Shown here piece after piece: positions 23,901-37,109 of a stretch of DNA of 64,000 nucleotides (positions within the stretch are counted from its first letter, which is position 1; the number at the start of each line of letters is the position of its first letter). The stretch spans positions 1 to 64,000 of the forward strand of contig CAXUUL010000015.1 in NCBI GenBank assembly GCA_964255285.1, in the 5' to 3' direction. The notes under the pieces are model-generated. The model was not told the DNA's origin. It was given only the letters and a program-made list of their open reading frames with translations, and made no database searches. The position numbers and the translations under genes were made by a program. Source of the stretch: Ionaspis alba. Lineage: Eukaryota.

Positions 23901-26900
23901 TCTCGTTCCGCCCGTCATCGAGGAGGAGAGGGTACGGAAACAGAAAGAGGCTGAAGCGGCTGAAGCTCTCAAGAAACAAAGAGAGGAGGAAGCTAAGGCG
24001 AAGGCTGTGGAAGAGGAACGTCTAGCGAAGGAGAAGGCTGAGAAAGAAGCCCAAGAGAAGCAAGAGCAAGAAGAACGTGACGCTGCAGCTCTTGCTGCAG
24101 CTGAGGATGAATCTGCTCCTGAAGAGGCTCCGGCACAAGCTAACAATTATGGTGCAGCAGGAGAGGCTATGGAAGGCGTTGAGCCAACTGAGCCTCCAGC
24201 GCCCACCGTGGCCACTGTTACTACCACAATCGAAGACATATCGCACGAAGCGGGACCATCCGAGCAGCCTGAGCGTGTACGAGCGACATTCCGGGGCAGG
24301 GAAGTTGACATTACGGGACTTGGAATCGACTTGGAGTATCTCGATGCTCTACCGGACGAGTTAAGAGAAGAGGTTCTAATGCAACAATTGGCAGAGCAGC
24401 GATCACAAGCTGCCGCTGCTGGTGAGGAACCGACCGAGATCAGCCGCGAGTTCCTTGAAGCTCTCCCTGCTGAGATTCGAGAGGAGCTCCTACAACAAGA
24501 GGCTCAAGAACGGCGGCGTCGAGAGCGAGAAGAGAACCGACGACGATCAGCAGGCAACGGTGCGTCAGCAGTTGCCCGTGCTGAAGAGATGGATCCGGCT
24601 AGTTTCCTTGCATCTCTGGATCCACACCTGCGCGATGCTGTGCTCGCTGAGCAGAGTGATGCCGTCATTGCTCAATTACCAGCCGACCTCGCTGAGGAAG
24701 CTCGAAGACTTGGCCGTAGTCGTATGATGCAGCATGGCTACCCATCCATCAATCGTTTGGGTGTACAAATTGCGCGAGCTGATCCGGATCCTGAGTCCGT
24801 CACGAAAAAGCCTCCACGCCGCCAAATTGTGCAAATGCTCGACAAGGCTGGGGTCGCGACGCTTCTTCGCCTCTTGTTCGTCTCACAGCAAGGTAGTTCT
24901 CGTCAAACGCTTAACGAGATATTGCACAATGTTTCGCAAAACCGTCAAAACAGAGCTGAAGTCGTTAGCCTACTCCTTTCGATCTTGCAAGATGGCAGCG
25001 CGGACATCAATGCCGTTGAACGAAGCTTTGTTCATCTGTCCCTGCGTGCAAAACAGCCAGCTTCGCAAAAGACACCACAACCGGTCAAGCGCACCTTGAC
25101 TGGTCAGATGGCTGCTCCTCTAAGTGCCGAAATGACACCTCTCATGGTCATTCAGCAATGCTTGAACGCCCTCGTCTATCTTACTGAACTCAACCCTCAT
25201 ATCCCTTCCTTCTTCCTCACCGAGCACGAAACATCAACAGGGCTGAAAGGAAAATCGAGTAAGAAGGGCAAAGGCAAAGAGAGTCGCGCTTCCAAGTTTG
25301 CCCTCAATGCACTACTAAGTCTACTGGATCGTAAGTTAATCATGGAAAGTTCTGGTTGCATGGAGCAGCTGTCTACTCTCCTCCAAAGCATTACTCACCC
25401 CTTGACTATGCTGCTCCGGAAAGACAAGGACAAGACGACCACAGAAGTCACAAAGGACGAAGCGCCAACAACAGAAGCAGTAGAAGGAGCATCCACAGCT
25501 CCACCCACTGTCTCTGAAGGGGCCGATATCCAGACGGACGACACAAACATGGCCGATCCAAGCTCCGCTAGTCCAGAGGCACAGCCTGAAGCGGCAACAG
25601 CGACAGAGGCTATCGACAACGCTGACAATACAATTACTCCAGAAGTTACTGCAGTCCAGGGAGAGGTCAGGAAAGATGATGCTGACAAAACCGAGGCTAA
25701 AGAGACACCCAAGAAACAACGCAATCTCACTCCACCCGTTGTTCCCGAGTACAATCTTCGGCTAGTAGTAAACATCCTTGCCGCTCGAGAGTGTAGCGCC
25801 AAAACTTTTCGTGATACCCTGTCTACCATCAACAACCTGTCGGCAATCCCACATGCGAAAGAGATCTTTGGCAAGGAACTGATCAAGCAGGCCCAAGATC
25901 TTGGAGACTCCATTTCGCAGGATTTGGATGATCTGATACCTCAGATTAAGAGTGCTGGGTCTGGTACCGATATTCAAGGAATGGCTCTTGCTAAGTTCTC
26001 TCCCTCCTCATCCGACCAAGCGAAATTGCTGCGAGTTCTTACTGCTCTCGATTATCTCTTCGATCCAAAGAGAAATGGTGGCAAGACGAAGACTCAGGCC
26101 AAAGGCGGCTCGTCAAAGGATGAGCCCAAAGAGGATCTTTTGACTACTCTGTACGAGAATCCAACGTTCGGCCCTCTTTGGACCAAGCTGAGCGATTGCC
26201 TGAGCTGCATCCGCCAACGGGATAACATGGTCAACGTTGCTACGATTCTGTTGCCTTTGGTAGAAGCACTGATGGTTGTATGCAAGAACACCACTCTCAA
26301 GGATGTTTCTTCTATGAAGATGATGAAAGAATTCACAGTCGCAAGTCCACCTCCAGAGTCGCCGATGGAAAACCTGTTCTTCCGCTTTACAGAAGATCAC
26401 CGAAAGATTCTCAACGACCTTGTTCGACACAATCCTCGTCTTATGAGTGGCACCTTCTCACTACTTGTCAAGAATCCCAAAGTCCTTGAATTTGACAACA
26501 AGCGAAACTACTTCACTCGCCGACTTCATACCAGGACTGATCAGCGACACCCTCAGCCCCCGCTACAGCTATCCGTTCGTCGCGACCAGGTCTTCCTCGA
26601 TTCCTTCAAGTCTCTCTACTTCAAGTCCCCAGAAGAGATGAAGTTCGGAAAGCTAAGCATTCGTTTCCATGGCGAGGAAGGTGTTGATGCTGGCGGGGTT
26701 ACCCGAGAGTGGTTTCAAGTCATGTCAAGACAGATGTTCAACGCCGACTACGCTCTCTTCATTCCAGTGGCCTCTGATCGAACAACTTTCCATCCCAACG
26801 TACTGAGTCATATCAACCCGGAACATTTGATGTTCTTCAAATTCATTGGTCGTGTTATCGGCAAGGCTCTCTACGAAGGCCGTGCTCTAGACTGCCACTT

Positions 26901-27759
26901 CAGCAGAGCGGTGTACAAGAGGATACTCGGCAAGCCTGTATCAATCAAGGATATGGAGACTCTGGATCTTGACTATTACAAGTCATTACTGTGGATGCTG
27001 GAGAACGATATCTCTGACATCATCACCGAGACATTCTCCATTGAGACCGAAGCATTTGGTGTCACTCAAATTGTGGACTTGATCGACAATGGTCGCAGTA
27101 TTCCAGTGACGGAAGAGAACAAGCAAGAGTACGTGCAGTTGGTGGTTGAGTATCGCTTGACAGGATCAGTAAAGGCGCAGCTGGAAGAGTTCCTCAAAGG
27201 TATGACTAATCTGCGCTACCATCACCGGGGCATAAACTAACAATGGTGACCAGGTTTCCATGACATTGTTCCCGCCGAGCTCATCTCAATCTTCAATGAA
27301 CAAGAGCTCGAACTCCTTATTTCTGGTCTCCCGGATATTGACGTCGACGACTGGAAGAACAATACCGAGTACCACAACTACCAAGCCTCTTCCCCACAAA
27401 TTCAATGGTTCTGGCGCGCCGTCCGCTCCTTCGACAAAGAAGAACGAGCTAAGCTACTACAATTCGTCACCGGAACTAGCAAAGTACCCTTGAATGGATT
27501 CAAGGAATTGGAGGGCATGAACGGCTTCAGTCGGTTCAACATCCATCGAGACTACGGCAACAAGGATAGGTTGCCCAGCTCACATACTTGTTTCAATCGT
27601 AAGTTATCGCCGTTTCGTTTTCCGGAACCTGTTATGGCCGACAGAGTGCTAATTCGCGCAACAGAACTTGACCTCCCCGAGTACGAGAGCTACGACGCGC
27701 TACGACAACAGGTCTACACGGCCATGACAGCGGGTAGCGGGTACTTTGGCTTTGCATAA
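14983..27759 (+). CDS. TOM1: HECT E3 ubiquitin ligase Tom1/HUWE1 (~4,100 aa)
   Basis: MGRIKK start, [17 protein letters not shown]-terminus, acidic tract, UBM-like repeats ([26 protein letters not shown]), and HECT domain [15 protein letters not shown]...[14 protein letters not shown]...GFGFA. Introns at 15031-15090, 19031-19082, 23028-23073, 23143-23193, 23335-23383, 27200-27253 and 27599-27664. Confidence 0.97.
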
Positions 27760-28581
27760 GCGTGCATCTACCTGCGTTCTGTTTGCGCGAGTCGGGCATT
27801 TATGTGGGCGTGGGGGCTAGCACTGGTGGCTTGTAATTTGTGAAGTAACGGGTGTGCATGGAAATTTGATGATGGTGGCATATGGTTGCTTTGGCGGATG
27901 TGTACTTGTGCAGCTGGGATCATTGCGTTTTGAAGGCGGTCCAAGGCCTCGAGTCTCTTTGCGTGCGGCGTGCAGGTCGTAATGCTGGAGCTTGAAGCTG
28001 GTTGAGGTTGGGGAATTTTTGATTCGCTTTGTAGATAGCTTTTGGGGGAACACAGATTGCTCTTAGTCTCAGTCCATTTTCTTGTGCCGCACTGGAGAAG
28101 AAATGATAGGAGCGGATAGAGAAGAGGTTCGATTCGAAGACCCAATGAAAGGTACTGGCAAGAGCTAGGCTAGCTACCGAAAGACTCCTGCATCCAACAA
28201 CTAGTTTTGGCCTGGCATGGCCCTTCTCCCTGCATAGCAACCTGTCCTTACCCGAGTCCTCGCCCACTAACTTACATGAGTTTTACAGTCGACTTCGAGG
28301 GCAGTTTTACTGATCAGCCAATGAAGAATGCAGACCGACAACGGTTGCTTCAAGCATCCTGCTGGGTTACGGCTGTGCGTTAAGCCTAAAATTAGTGATT
28401 TTCAATGCGAATGGCAGGCACTCTGACTCTCCGCTGAAGGTAGGCCTGAGGAACACCTCAACGTTTTCTGTAGAACGGCTTCCATACTGCCTTCTTTTTT
28501 CTCTTTTTTCTATGACTTTCTCTTGTGCCCAGCGATGCAATCGAATTTTGTTTTTCAATTATTTATTGAAGTATACTCGCG

Positions 28582-29952
28582 ATGATCTTCCTCAGGAGAT
28601 TATTGTACCATATACCTGTTGTTTTTCTCTGGCATGTCCCTCTCGCAGCATGCTTTAGCCTTAAGGTCAGGTTTACTTACAAGTCGTATATGAACGATGT
28701 CAGCGTCTGGTTTACAATGTTTACCCTCTGCCTAGCACCTCTTGTCTCACATATCGCCCTCGGCCTTCCAAAGATCGTTGTCATGGACTCTTCCGAAGAA
28801 TCAGCGGATACCAACCTCCCATCAAAATTATTATATCCACCATGGACTGAACGCATCACCCTTTTCAATCCCGTTACTATCGTCTGGCGGTACTACGCAA
28901 TTGCATACTTCCGTTTACGCAATCGGTCATGGGACGCTACAGAACTTGCTGCCGTAAACGCAGCATTTTGGGATTCTACAACACGTCGCTGGGACGGGAC
29001 AGACACAACTGTACTCTCTGCTCGCAAATACCTCACTAGTCCTCCCGAAGCAAGCCATGTCAAAATTATATCTGGATCGACCCTGGCTACTGTTCTTTTA
29101 GTGCTGCAAGGTGTGCAGGCACTGTTGTATATGATCTCATACCTTTCCACATCTTCAGCGCCTAAGCTCCTACCGTTCCCAGACGGGTTGCCGTATCTGT
29201 TCGTGCCGATCGGGTTGCTAGGTTTAGTAAGACTACCCGCTGCCGCATGGGTCAGTAATGAATGGGGATACGATTTCACCAATTTGGGAATAAGAAAAAT
29301 CTGTATGGAATCATTGCAGTTCCGCAACAAAGCACCAAACAGAACCTTCAGAATAATGCGCAAGCCGGTCCCTGGGCAGTATATAGCGTGCAAGATGAGA
29401 GGGTTACCAGATACAGAACACGGTATTGTATCAACACGACTGACTGAGAGAAGGCAAAAACTCCTTCACATTGGAAATTGGAAATGTTACGCCTATCGTG
29501 GATGGTGGATAGTTTCCAATATAACGATCTCGGCTCTCGGCGTCAGAGACGTTGCCACCAGTTTCGTACCGAGCCATAGCCATCGCCCGCTCAGCGCCTC
29601 GATGATTATATACCTGATGTTGTACCTTGAACTGTGCGGGGGGTTCCTATTAATCACTCCGGTGCTCGTATTGCGACGGAACCACACATCGACACTAATC
29701 CCTTGCCTCCAAAACTGGTGGTACAAGCTTTATACATGGCTCATAGTCCTGACGGCACTCGCGGCATTGGTATTTGCCAGTCTAGAGACTGTACAGTTAC
29801 CAGATGGCACTTATATGAGCACGGAGCTTGTGACTTGTCATTGGGACCAGTGCAGAGTGTGGAACAAAACAAGCCTACTAGAAGGTGTAAGAAAGGAGTG
29901 GGAGCGATATTTGAACATATCGCACATCGATGCTTCATCAATCACTGATTAG
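28582..29952 (+). CDS. Uncharacterised multi-pass membrane protein (456 aa)
   Basis: Long single-exon ORF with several hydrophobic helices and Trp-rich motifs (TLCLAPLVSHI, NPVTIVWRYYAIA, AAVNAAFWD, WDGTD). No function recognised. Confidence 0.7.
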   Translation: MIFLRRLLYHIPVVFLWHVPLAACFSLKVRFTYKSYMNDVSVWFTMFTLCLAPLVSHIALGLPKIVVMDSSEESADTNLPSKLLYPPWTERITLFNPVTIVWRYYAIAYFRLRNRSWDATELAAVNAAFWDSTTRRWDGTDTTVLSARKYLTSPPEASHVKIISGSTLATVLLVLQGVQALLYMISYLSTSSAPKLLPFPDGLPYLFVPIGLLGLVRLPAAAWVSNEWGYDFTNLGIRKICMESLQFRNKAPNRTFRIMRKPVPGQYIACKMRGLPDTEHGIVSTRLTERRQKLLHIGNWKCYAYRGWWIVSNITISALGVRDVATSFVPSHSHRPLSASMIIYLMLYLELCGGFLLITPVLVLRRNHTSTLIPCLQNWWYKLYTWLIVLTALAALVFASLETVQLPDGTYMSTELVTCHWDQCRVWNKTSLLEGVRKEWERYLNISHIDASSITD

Positions 29953-30886
29953 TGTGGAAATGGACTCGGTTCTGCAGAGGAGTTTTGATGCTTTGGAATC
30001 CGTGAAACCTCATGCTGAGGAAAGCAGATAGTCAGAGGAAAAAAAGATACGGTCAAGTAAGCCGGCGACCTCGAATTGTATGGTTGATATATACATCTCA
30101 AGACGATGGCTCGATGGGAGCTCAGTCTCATCGAGTTTATTAGAGATAATGTCCCGCAAGGCACTATTTTTGCATATTTGGATCTATGCCTTGTTTGTCT
30201 TCAGAACCACAGCTTTTCAGGTGACACGTTTTCTTGGCGCTCGTGCGACTTCGCCGACCAGTTTTGAGACCTTCAAAGCACAGTAAACAAACGTATATTA
30301 GTCCTTCATATCCTTCACGACACAAGCAGAGCCGTCAAGTTCCTACAATATAACACTCGATATTGAGCAACACCTTTTCAAGATCTCATCTAGCGTGATT
30401 AGCCCTTGGCAATCATGACATGTTAGTACCATTCTTTCCTTGTCGAGGAAGAGAGCAGCCACTGGAGTAACCACGATAGGCGTAGATCCCGACGTGCTCG
30501 GCGACCACCCTTACGATCGATAAAGCATGACGAACGGGATCTGGAGTGAGGGTTTACTTCCCATGGCGGTCGGCGAAGGGTTTGTAATGTCTTTCCATGA
30601 TGTAGAACCATCTCTTCGGCATGGAAATCCGGGACGCCGGTTGTTGCTTCTAGGCCGTCAGAAGCTGATAGTTCTGGTCTCGTGAATCTCTGATATCTTG
30701 TCTCTCCTTTGTACATATTTTCTACCTGTGCGATATTGGAGTCTTCTCGTGCATACTACATTATGATGTTATTGCTCCTAATATAATCATTACTATCACG
30801 TTTCCCTCATTCCTCCATCGTCCTTCGAAGGTTTCATCTCGAGCTTCATCACTTCTTTGCTACTTCTCCCGACTCCCACCTGCAAT

Positions 30887-31991
30887 ATGCCATCCTCAGT
30901 CCTCTCCACCCTCACAACTACCGCATCCGGTGCCTTTTTCGGTGCTGCTCTCGCCTATTCGGTAGTACACCCTCCGGCCGTACTATTCGCACAGATGCGG
31001 TTACAAAGTTTCCACGTTCTGAAAGTCTTCCTGACCGGAAGCGGCTGCAGCGCGTATGTCCTCTCACCACCTACTGTGACCAAGCTTCAGAGAACTCTGA
31101 CCTCATGACCATCGCCTTGTTACTGACTCCCGGTCCAGCATAATCCTAGGCGCCTTCCAGCGTCTTAATCTCGCATCCTACACTCCCCGCACACCCAGCA
31201 CAATCAACCTCTTCTCCGCCTACGACGCGAACATCATCGGCGGCCTGCTCATAGGCATCGGCATGGCGCTCACTGGCGCCTGTCCCGGGACTGTGCTCGT
31301 GCAGGCAGCGACAGGCGTTTCATCGGGAATCTTGGTCCTCTTCGGCGCACTTCTGGGAGGAATAGCGTGGGCTAGGTGGGGACAACAGTTGAAGCGATCC
31401 CCACACCCTAAATCGACAAACGGCAAGGGTGTCCAAAGCACGTTGACGATCCAAGAGAAATTGGGATGGAGCTACGCGCAGGCACTGCTGGCGTACGAGG
31501 TGATGGTCCTTGTCTTCGTGGCCGCTAGCACTTTCCTGGGACCAGTGGAAGCAGGAGGGAGGCTGCAGCCGGTGGTTGGAGGACTACTAATCGGAGGCGC
31601 GCAGGCAGCGAGTCTACTATTAACGGGAAACTCGGTTGGGGTGTCGGGAGCTTATGAAGAGGCTGGGAGGTGGTTCTGGCATCTGAAACGAGCTCGTGCA
31701 GGGTCATCACCGTCGTCGCAAGCGCTGAAGTTTGCGTCGGGTATCATGCTTGGAGCGGTGATTCTGTCGCGATCGATGCCAAGCGTTGTGGCTGCTAATG
31801 ATGATGCGACTGAGGTATCGAATATGGCGGCTGTGATTGGGGGCGTGCTGTTGGCTTTTGGGGCCAGGATGGCTGGAGGGTGCACGTCGGGGCATGGGAT
31901 AAGTGGGATGGCGATGATGAGTGTGGCAAGTGTCGTTACGGTACCGGCGATGTTTGTTGGAGGAATGATAGTAAGGGCAATTTTGGGATGA
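30887..31991 (+). CDS. YeeE/YedE family sulfur-compound (thiosulfate-type) transporter
   Basis: GIGMALTGACPGT and FGARMAGGCTSGHGISG signature motifs. Intron 31054-31138 keeps the frame. Confidence 0.9.
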
Positions 31992-32294
31992 GGGACTTGC
32001 AACGGCGAAAGAGATTCAGTTTCTCACTTTTTCTTGGCGACCTTCATGTCCATGGGACAACAGAAGACTAGAATGGTCTTCGCAGAAAGCAACATTCTGA
32101 ATGTGGAAAGAATATCGAGCATGCCTTAACGGCCCTCCAAGATAGGGACTGCGTCACCGTACCACGATATTGGGCTAGACGGCGCTGTCGAGAAAAAGGG
32201 GGCCTTAGTCAAAAATCCAGAATGCTGATAATCAACCACTACAACAGCCGTCAAAAAGAATGTAATCCAACAAGCTCTTACGCCCCAACCAAGT

Positions 32295-34860
32295 TCACCT
32301 TATAACCTCCCCGCCCTCCTTCTCAATTCCCTCCAATCCTTCCAGGATATCGCTTCCTCCCAACAACCCCGCCACCCCACCAGTCGACTTCCTCGCCTCA
32401 CTCCACACCTCATGGAACTTGACCGACTCATCCGACGACGCCACGACGATACATCCTTCCTCAGCCGTCCTACTCCACCACCTCCCGCCCTCGCCGCCCC
32501 TCTTCTTCCCATCGTTCGGCCCTCCAGGATACGCGACGGCGTACAGTGCTCTAATTTCGCCGATCCAAGGGATTGCAACGACCTGCTTGCAATCCGGCCA
32601 TGAGAAGACAGCGATACGGTAGGGATGCTCGGGCTGGGCATAGCCAAATGTAGCGGCAATTTCACGGCGGGTAGTCGACCAGATGAGCGATGTCACCTGT
32701 GCTTGCACGTTGATAGTCGCCAGACAGGCGCCGGAGAATGCGTGATAGAAGTGAATGGCTCGGTCATTGGAGCCGCCACCTGTAGCGAGAAGACCGCGCT
32801 GCCATGGACAGAAGGCGATGGCTTTGACGGCGGCGCTGTGAGGCCATTTGTGTCGTTCGCGGCCGGCAGGTACATTCAAGACAATATTATTACTACCGGG
32901 AATATAAGCGGGCCGTATCGGCCTATTGAAGACGTTGTTGAAGGCTGGTTGGGAAGTGCTGCCGAGAATGCTACCCAAGGTTTGGTGCGATGGCGCACTG
33001 GGTACGAAGTCTGGAATTAGACCTGTCATCATGGTTTGGAGGGGCCCGCCTGGCATCATTGAGACGGTCGGGGGGGTGAGTACATCGCGAACTTCAAAGA
33101 GGCAGCAGGCGTTGTCATTTCCACCAGATGCGAAATAGTCGCCGTCTGGCGACCACGCTAGACCACAGATCTGCTGGGTGTGGGTGCTGATTTTAGCCAT
33201 CAAGTGCATTGCGCCCTGCCAGCCGGGATCGCTCGAATTAGTTCCCCATTCGATGTAGTAATAGTATACATTCCCGGCCTCGTCGCCGACCAACAGTTCT
33301 TCCATAGCAACGTTGATGCCTAGTCGTTCGGATGGACGGCGAGTTGTGACAGGCTTGAAAGTGAGACAAGCTACCGAAGTAGGATGTTGAGCCGAGAAGC
33401 GTTCTTCTTCGTCGAAAAGACTCCAGAGACCAACTTGTCCGCTGTTGCGCCCGACTGCGAGGATGGCTTGACGACCTTCGTTTGAGGAGAACGATAATGA
33501 AGTGACATATGAGTTTCGACGATTCTCATCGATACGAGGATATTGCACTCCACTTGCTTCTGACCAGAGATAAACTCGAGTGTGTAATCCAACTGCGAGC
33601 GTATTTGTGATGCGACAGTAGGCTAGGACGGAGCAGTAAAAATCGTCACGAAGTTGGGGTGCATCCAGAACTGTGCTTGATATAAGCCCGTACGCACAAA
33701 ATTAGAGAACAGACAGCACATATCTAAATGGTGTGGAAGGCACTGGTATTCTTTCAGTCTTCTGAGACTTACGTGTTGCTGCATGAATGAGACTGTCAGA
33801 AAACTCTTCAACAGACCCGGTGAACCGTGATTAATGTGATACTCAGGTCTCCATGGCAGAACTCACGCGACTCCGTATCCTCGTTGTGCCACCTTCCATC
33901 CCGCCAAAACGTGCCAGCCTGAACTCGGCGCTTACCATTCTTGATTGGACTCTTGAAGACTTCAGGCTCGGGAGATTGCGAGATCGATAGGGTTCTGCTG
34001 GTCTGGTCAATGTCCAAAGCGACTGCCAATCTTCCCTCGAATCGTTCTCGACTCTGGTCAGGCGTCTCAGTTTCGAAGAACCGGGAGCTGAACATCGGTG
34101 CATTAGTGCCAGTGCCAAGCAGTCCCCCACGACCATTGGAAACTCCAGTGATCGGTCCGGGTGAAGAAGCTACAGAGCCTCCCACATTCCAGATAGCGCC
34201 AGCACTCGGTCTTCTGTCTGCAATCCCGATAGAGCCTGGACGCACGCCAAGAACATCTCCTCCACCAACCGTAAACGGCCTTGAAGGTGAAGGAGTGGGA
34301 GAGCCATTGTAGATTTCGTGAGAGGGTAGCCCACCTTCGTCTATCCTACTTGGAATCCGAGTGCTGAAGGGATCCTGGCTTACAGATTGATGCCGAATCA
34401 GTTTCTCGATAGTTGTCAATTGATCTGATGGCTTGCTCAGGTGGAAGCTTTTCGCGGAGGACTCAGGTGATCGACGAGTGGGTATGAACCGATCTGGCGA
34501 CGTCGGCGGTGTAAGGTATGGCGAGTCGTTACTTACGCATCTCCGCTTGGGTGATGAGACCTCATAACGCGTATGTCCGGTCTCGGCTGTAGCCTTTGAA
34601 ACAAGAGCTGGCTGTAGAGGAAAGGGAAAAGCATCTCGTGCTCGACTGGCTTGCACCAATGGTGTGGGATCGACAAAAGCAGGAGGGGAAGGAAATGCCG
34701 CCTGAACAGGCTGTGTGAGGTCGACAGACTTGGGACGTTCGACTTGCAGTGCAAAATTATAAGACGATGAACGTGGAGGTAAAGATGGACAAAACAAGCT
34801 GTTCCTCGAACAGTTATTTGAAATTGGAAAGTCCTCCACTGATACTGACTCTCGCGGCAT
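32295..34860 (-). CDS. AMA1: WD40 APC/C activator, Cdc20/Fizzy family, Ama1-like
   Basis: C-box DRFIP, VLDAPQLRDDFYC, HTQQICGLAWS..FASGGNDN, HSAAVKAIAFCPW...ATGGGSNDR, and a C-terminal IR tail. Intron 33779-33866 plus a probable AT-AC intron at 33673-33723. Confidence 0.85.
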
Positions 34861-35312
34861 GTTTGCTGTTGAGCGCAAAGAGAGAGAACGAATACTTGAC
34901 CGGTGAAACAACGGTAGAGAAAGACTGCCGACAATATTGATACTTGAAAACCTGCTGTTAGCTCCACAGCCAAAAAGAATGGCAATAGACGGCCTGCTCG
35001 CGCAGGCAATGAGTGTCTAATGAAGTAATTGGACGTCGCGCCCACTATTGTTTTGTTTGGCCAGCGTCACAGAGCCGCGCTAGTCCAAATTGAGCGGAAG
35101 CATATAATCGAAGGTCGCTGCCTATGCAAGAGTAATAAATGGTTTTGCCATGAAGAAGCAGGAACAGTCTCGAGCAAAGTGAGATTTCGCTAAAGAAATT
35201 CGAAATATTGATTTCGTTAGCAACCTAAGAATCATACTGGGTGCCTAATACTTTGTTCCTTGCTGGTCTCCTCAAATACTTCTAGACGACTATTCAAATA
35301 CAGCAATTCAAA

Positions 35313-36623
35313 ATGGCTAGTGTGAGTGAGTCTAGGTCTATACAAAAGAGTTCTCTGAGATATCTCAATAGCATGGGGTACCTCGAGTCCGCGAACTCGA
35401 GCCAAGAACAGAGCAAGCAAAACAAAAAGAAATCAAAAAGATTGAAGAATATATGGCTTTAGTAGATCTTGTGAATCTAAAGGTCCGTATCAAAGTCATC
35501 AGCCATTACCTCTCCGCTGAAATGTTCATCAGATACAAGAAAGAAACTATACGATTGAAGTCCTCGATCTTACTGCCCGGCTTCTGACCCTCAATCCCGA
35601 ATTCTACACAATATGGAATCACCGCCGACGAATCCTCAACCACCATTTCAACCTCCATTACTCGCCCCTGGCTACCGATCCCGTCTCCAATTCCTCCTAT
35701 GATCCCGAGTCTCCATTCAACAAGCCCTTCGAGGTCATCACGCGTTTCCTGAAAGCCGACTTAGCATTTACCTTCCCCCTGCTTTTAAAATTCCCCAAAT
35801 GTTACTGGATTTGGCTGCATCGGCAACACCTCCTTCTAACATCCACTCGACTTCTTCCCCCTCTTGCTTCTCGTGCTCTCTGGACTTCTGAATTAGTACT
35901 CACAACAAAGATGCTCTCTCGAGACGCCCGCAACTTCCACGGCTGGGGCTACCGCCGCACGATAGTAGAGGCGCTGGAGAGTGAGGCGCTGAATCCTGGC
36001 AAGGACCCGAGGGAGAGAAGCATGGTGAAGGAGGAGTTTGACTACACGACTAGGATGATCAAAAGTAATTTGAGTAATTTTTCGGCATGGCATGCCAGGA
36101 GTCAACTTATCCCGAGATTGCTGGATGAGGCTGATGCCGGAGATGTGAAGAGGAGGAAGATGTTGGATGACGGTTCGAATTCTCCTCCTCGAATGACTTT
36201 GTGGTAATGCACTAATACCCGCCCTCTTCCAATGCAGAAATCTCTCTCATAACAACAGCGCTCTACACTGACCCCATGGATCAATCCCTCTGGTTCTACC
36301 ACCAATTTCTTATTCAAACCATATATCCAACCAACGCTCATCATTCATTCGTCCGTTTCTCGGCCAAAGACAGGATACGGTATCTTGAGAATCTTCTCGA
36401 TGAGACAATCGAGTTACTCGACGGCGCCGAGGACTGCAAGTGGATTTATCAGGCTCTCATACAACTTTGCTTATCGTTGCGTGCCGAGACCGATAAATCA
36501 TGGGCTGATATTGCTGGAGAAGGGAGGATAGAGAAGTGGATGGCGGAATTGAAAAGATTGGATCCTTTGAGGTCGGGAAGGTGGCGGGACCTGGAGAAGG
36601 AGCTGAGATTTGGGTTAGGATAG
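35313..36623 (+). CDS. BET4: Rab geranylgeranyltransferase (type II) alpha subunit
   Basis: MAS|HGVPR start and PPTA repeats NPEFYTIWNHRR, PKCYWIWLHR, RNFHGWGYRR, SNFSAWHAR, DQSLWFYH; C-terminal LDPLRSGRW. Introns at 35322-35371, 35483-35532 and ~36173-36237. Confidence 0.93.
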
Positions 36624-37109
36624 GTACAATGAACTTTGTGACGATTCAGGATCCTGCGAATCGATCCTCTTGGATACAGCCATTTGTTAATGTACCTGAA
36701 GAGATATGAAGTAGAATGTCATCAAGCTAAAAAATCTCCAAAAGCTATAACAGCTAGCCATATCACCCACTCCTCGTCCAGACTAGCGCTACATATACGT
36801 GTACAAAGTTACTAGAAAATACAAACCACATCGTTGTACACATGAGCCTTGCCAGCAGCTCCGAAGCGAAAAGTGCAAGCTTGAAACCCAGAACGCCGTG
36901 CCCACCAGTCCCCGGGAGTATCATGCACAACCTGATGAATGCTGCTCAAACCGCTGAAAAACAAAAACCGCACCTATGCCATGATGGCAACATTTGTTTA
37001 AGTACGACAAAAGAAAGAGGAATGCCGCGCTGAGATGCATGGACGTCGAGCGAGGATGCTAACAGATCCTTGAAGAAAGCTACTTGTTCGCTGTCGTGGA
37101 TCGCGATGG

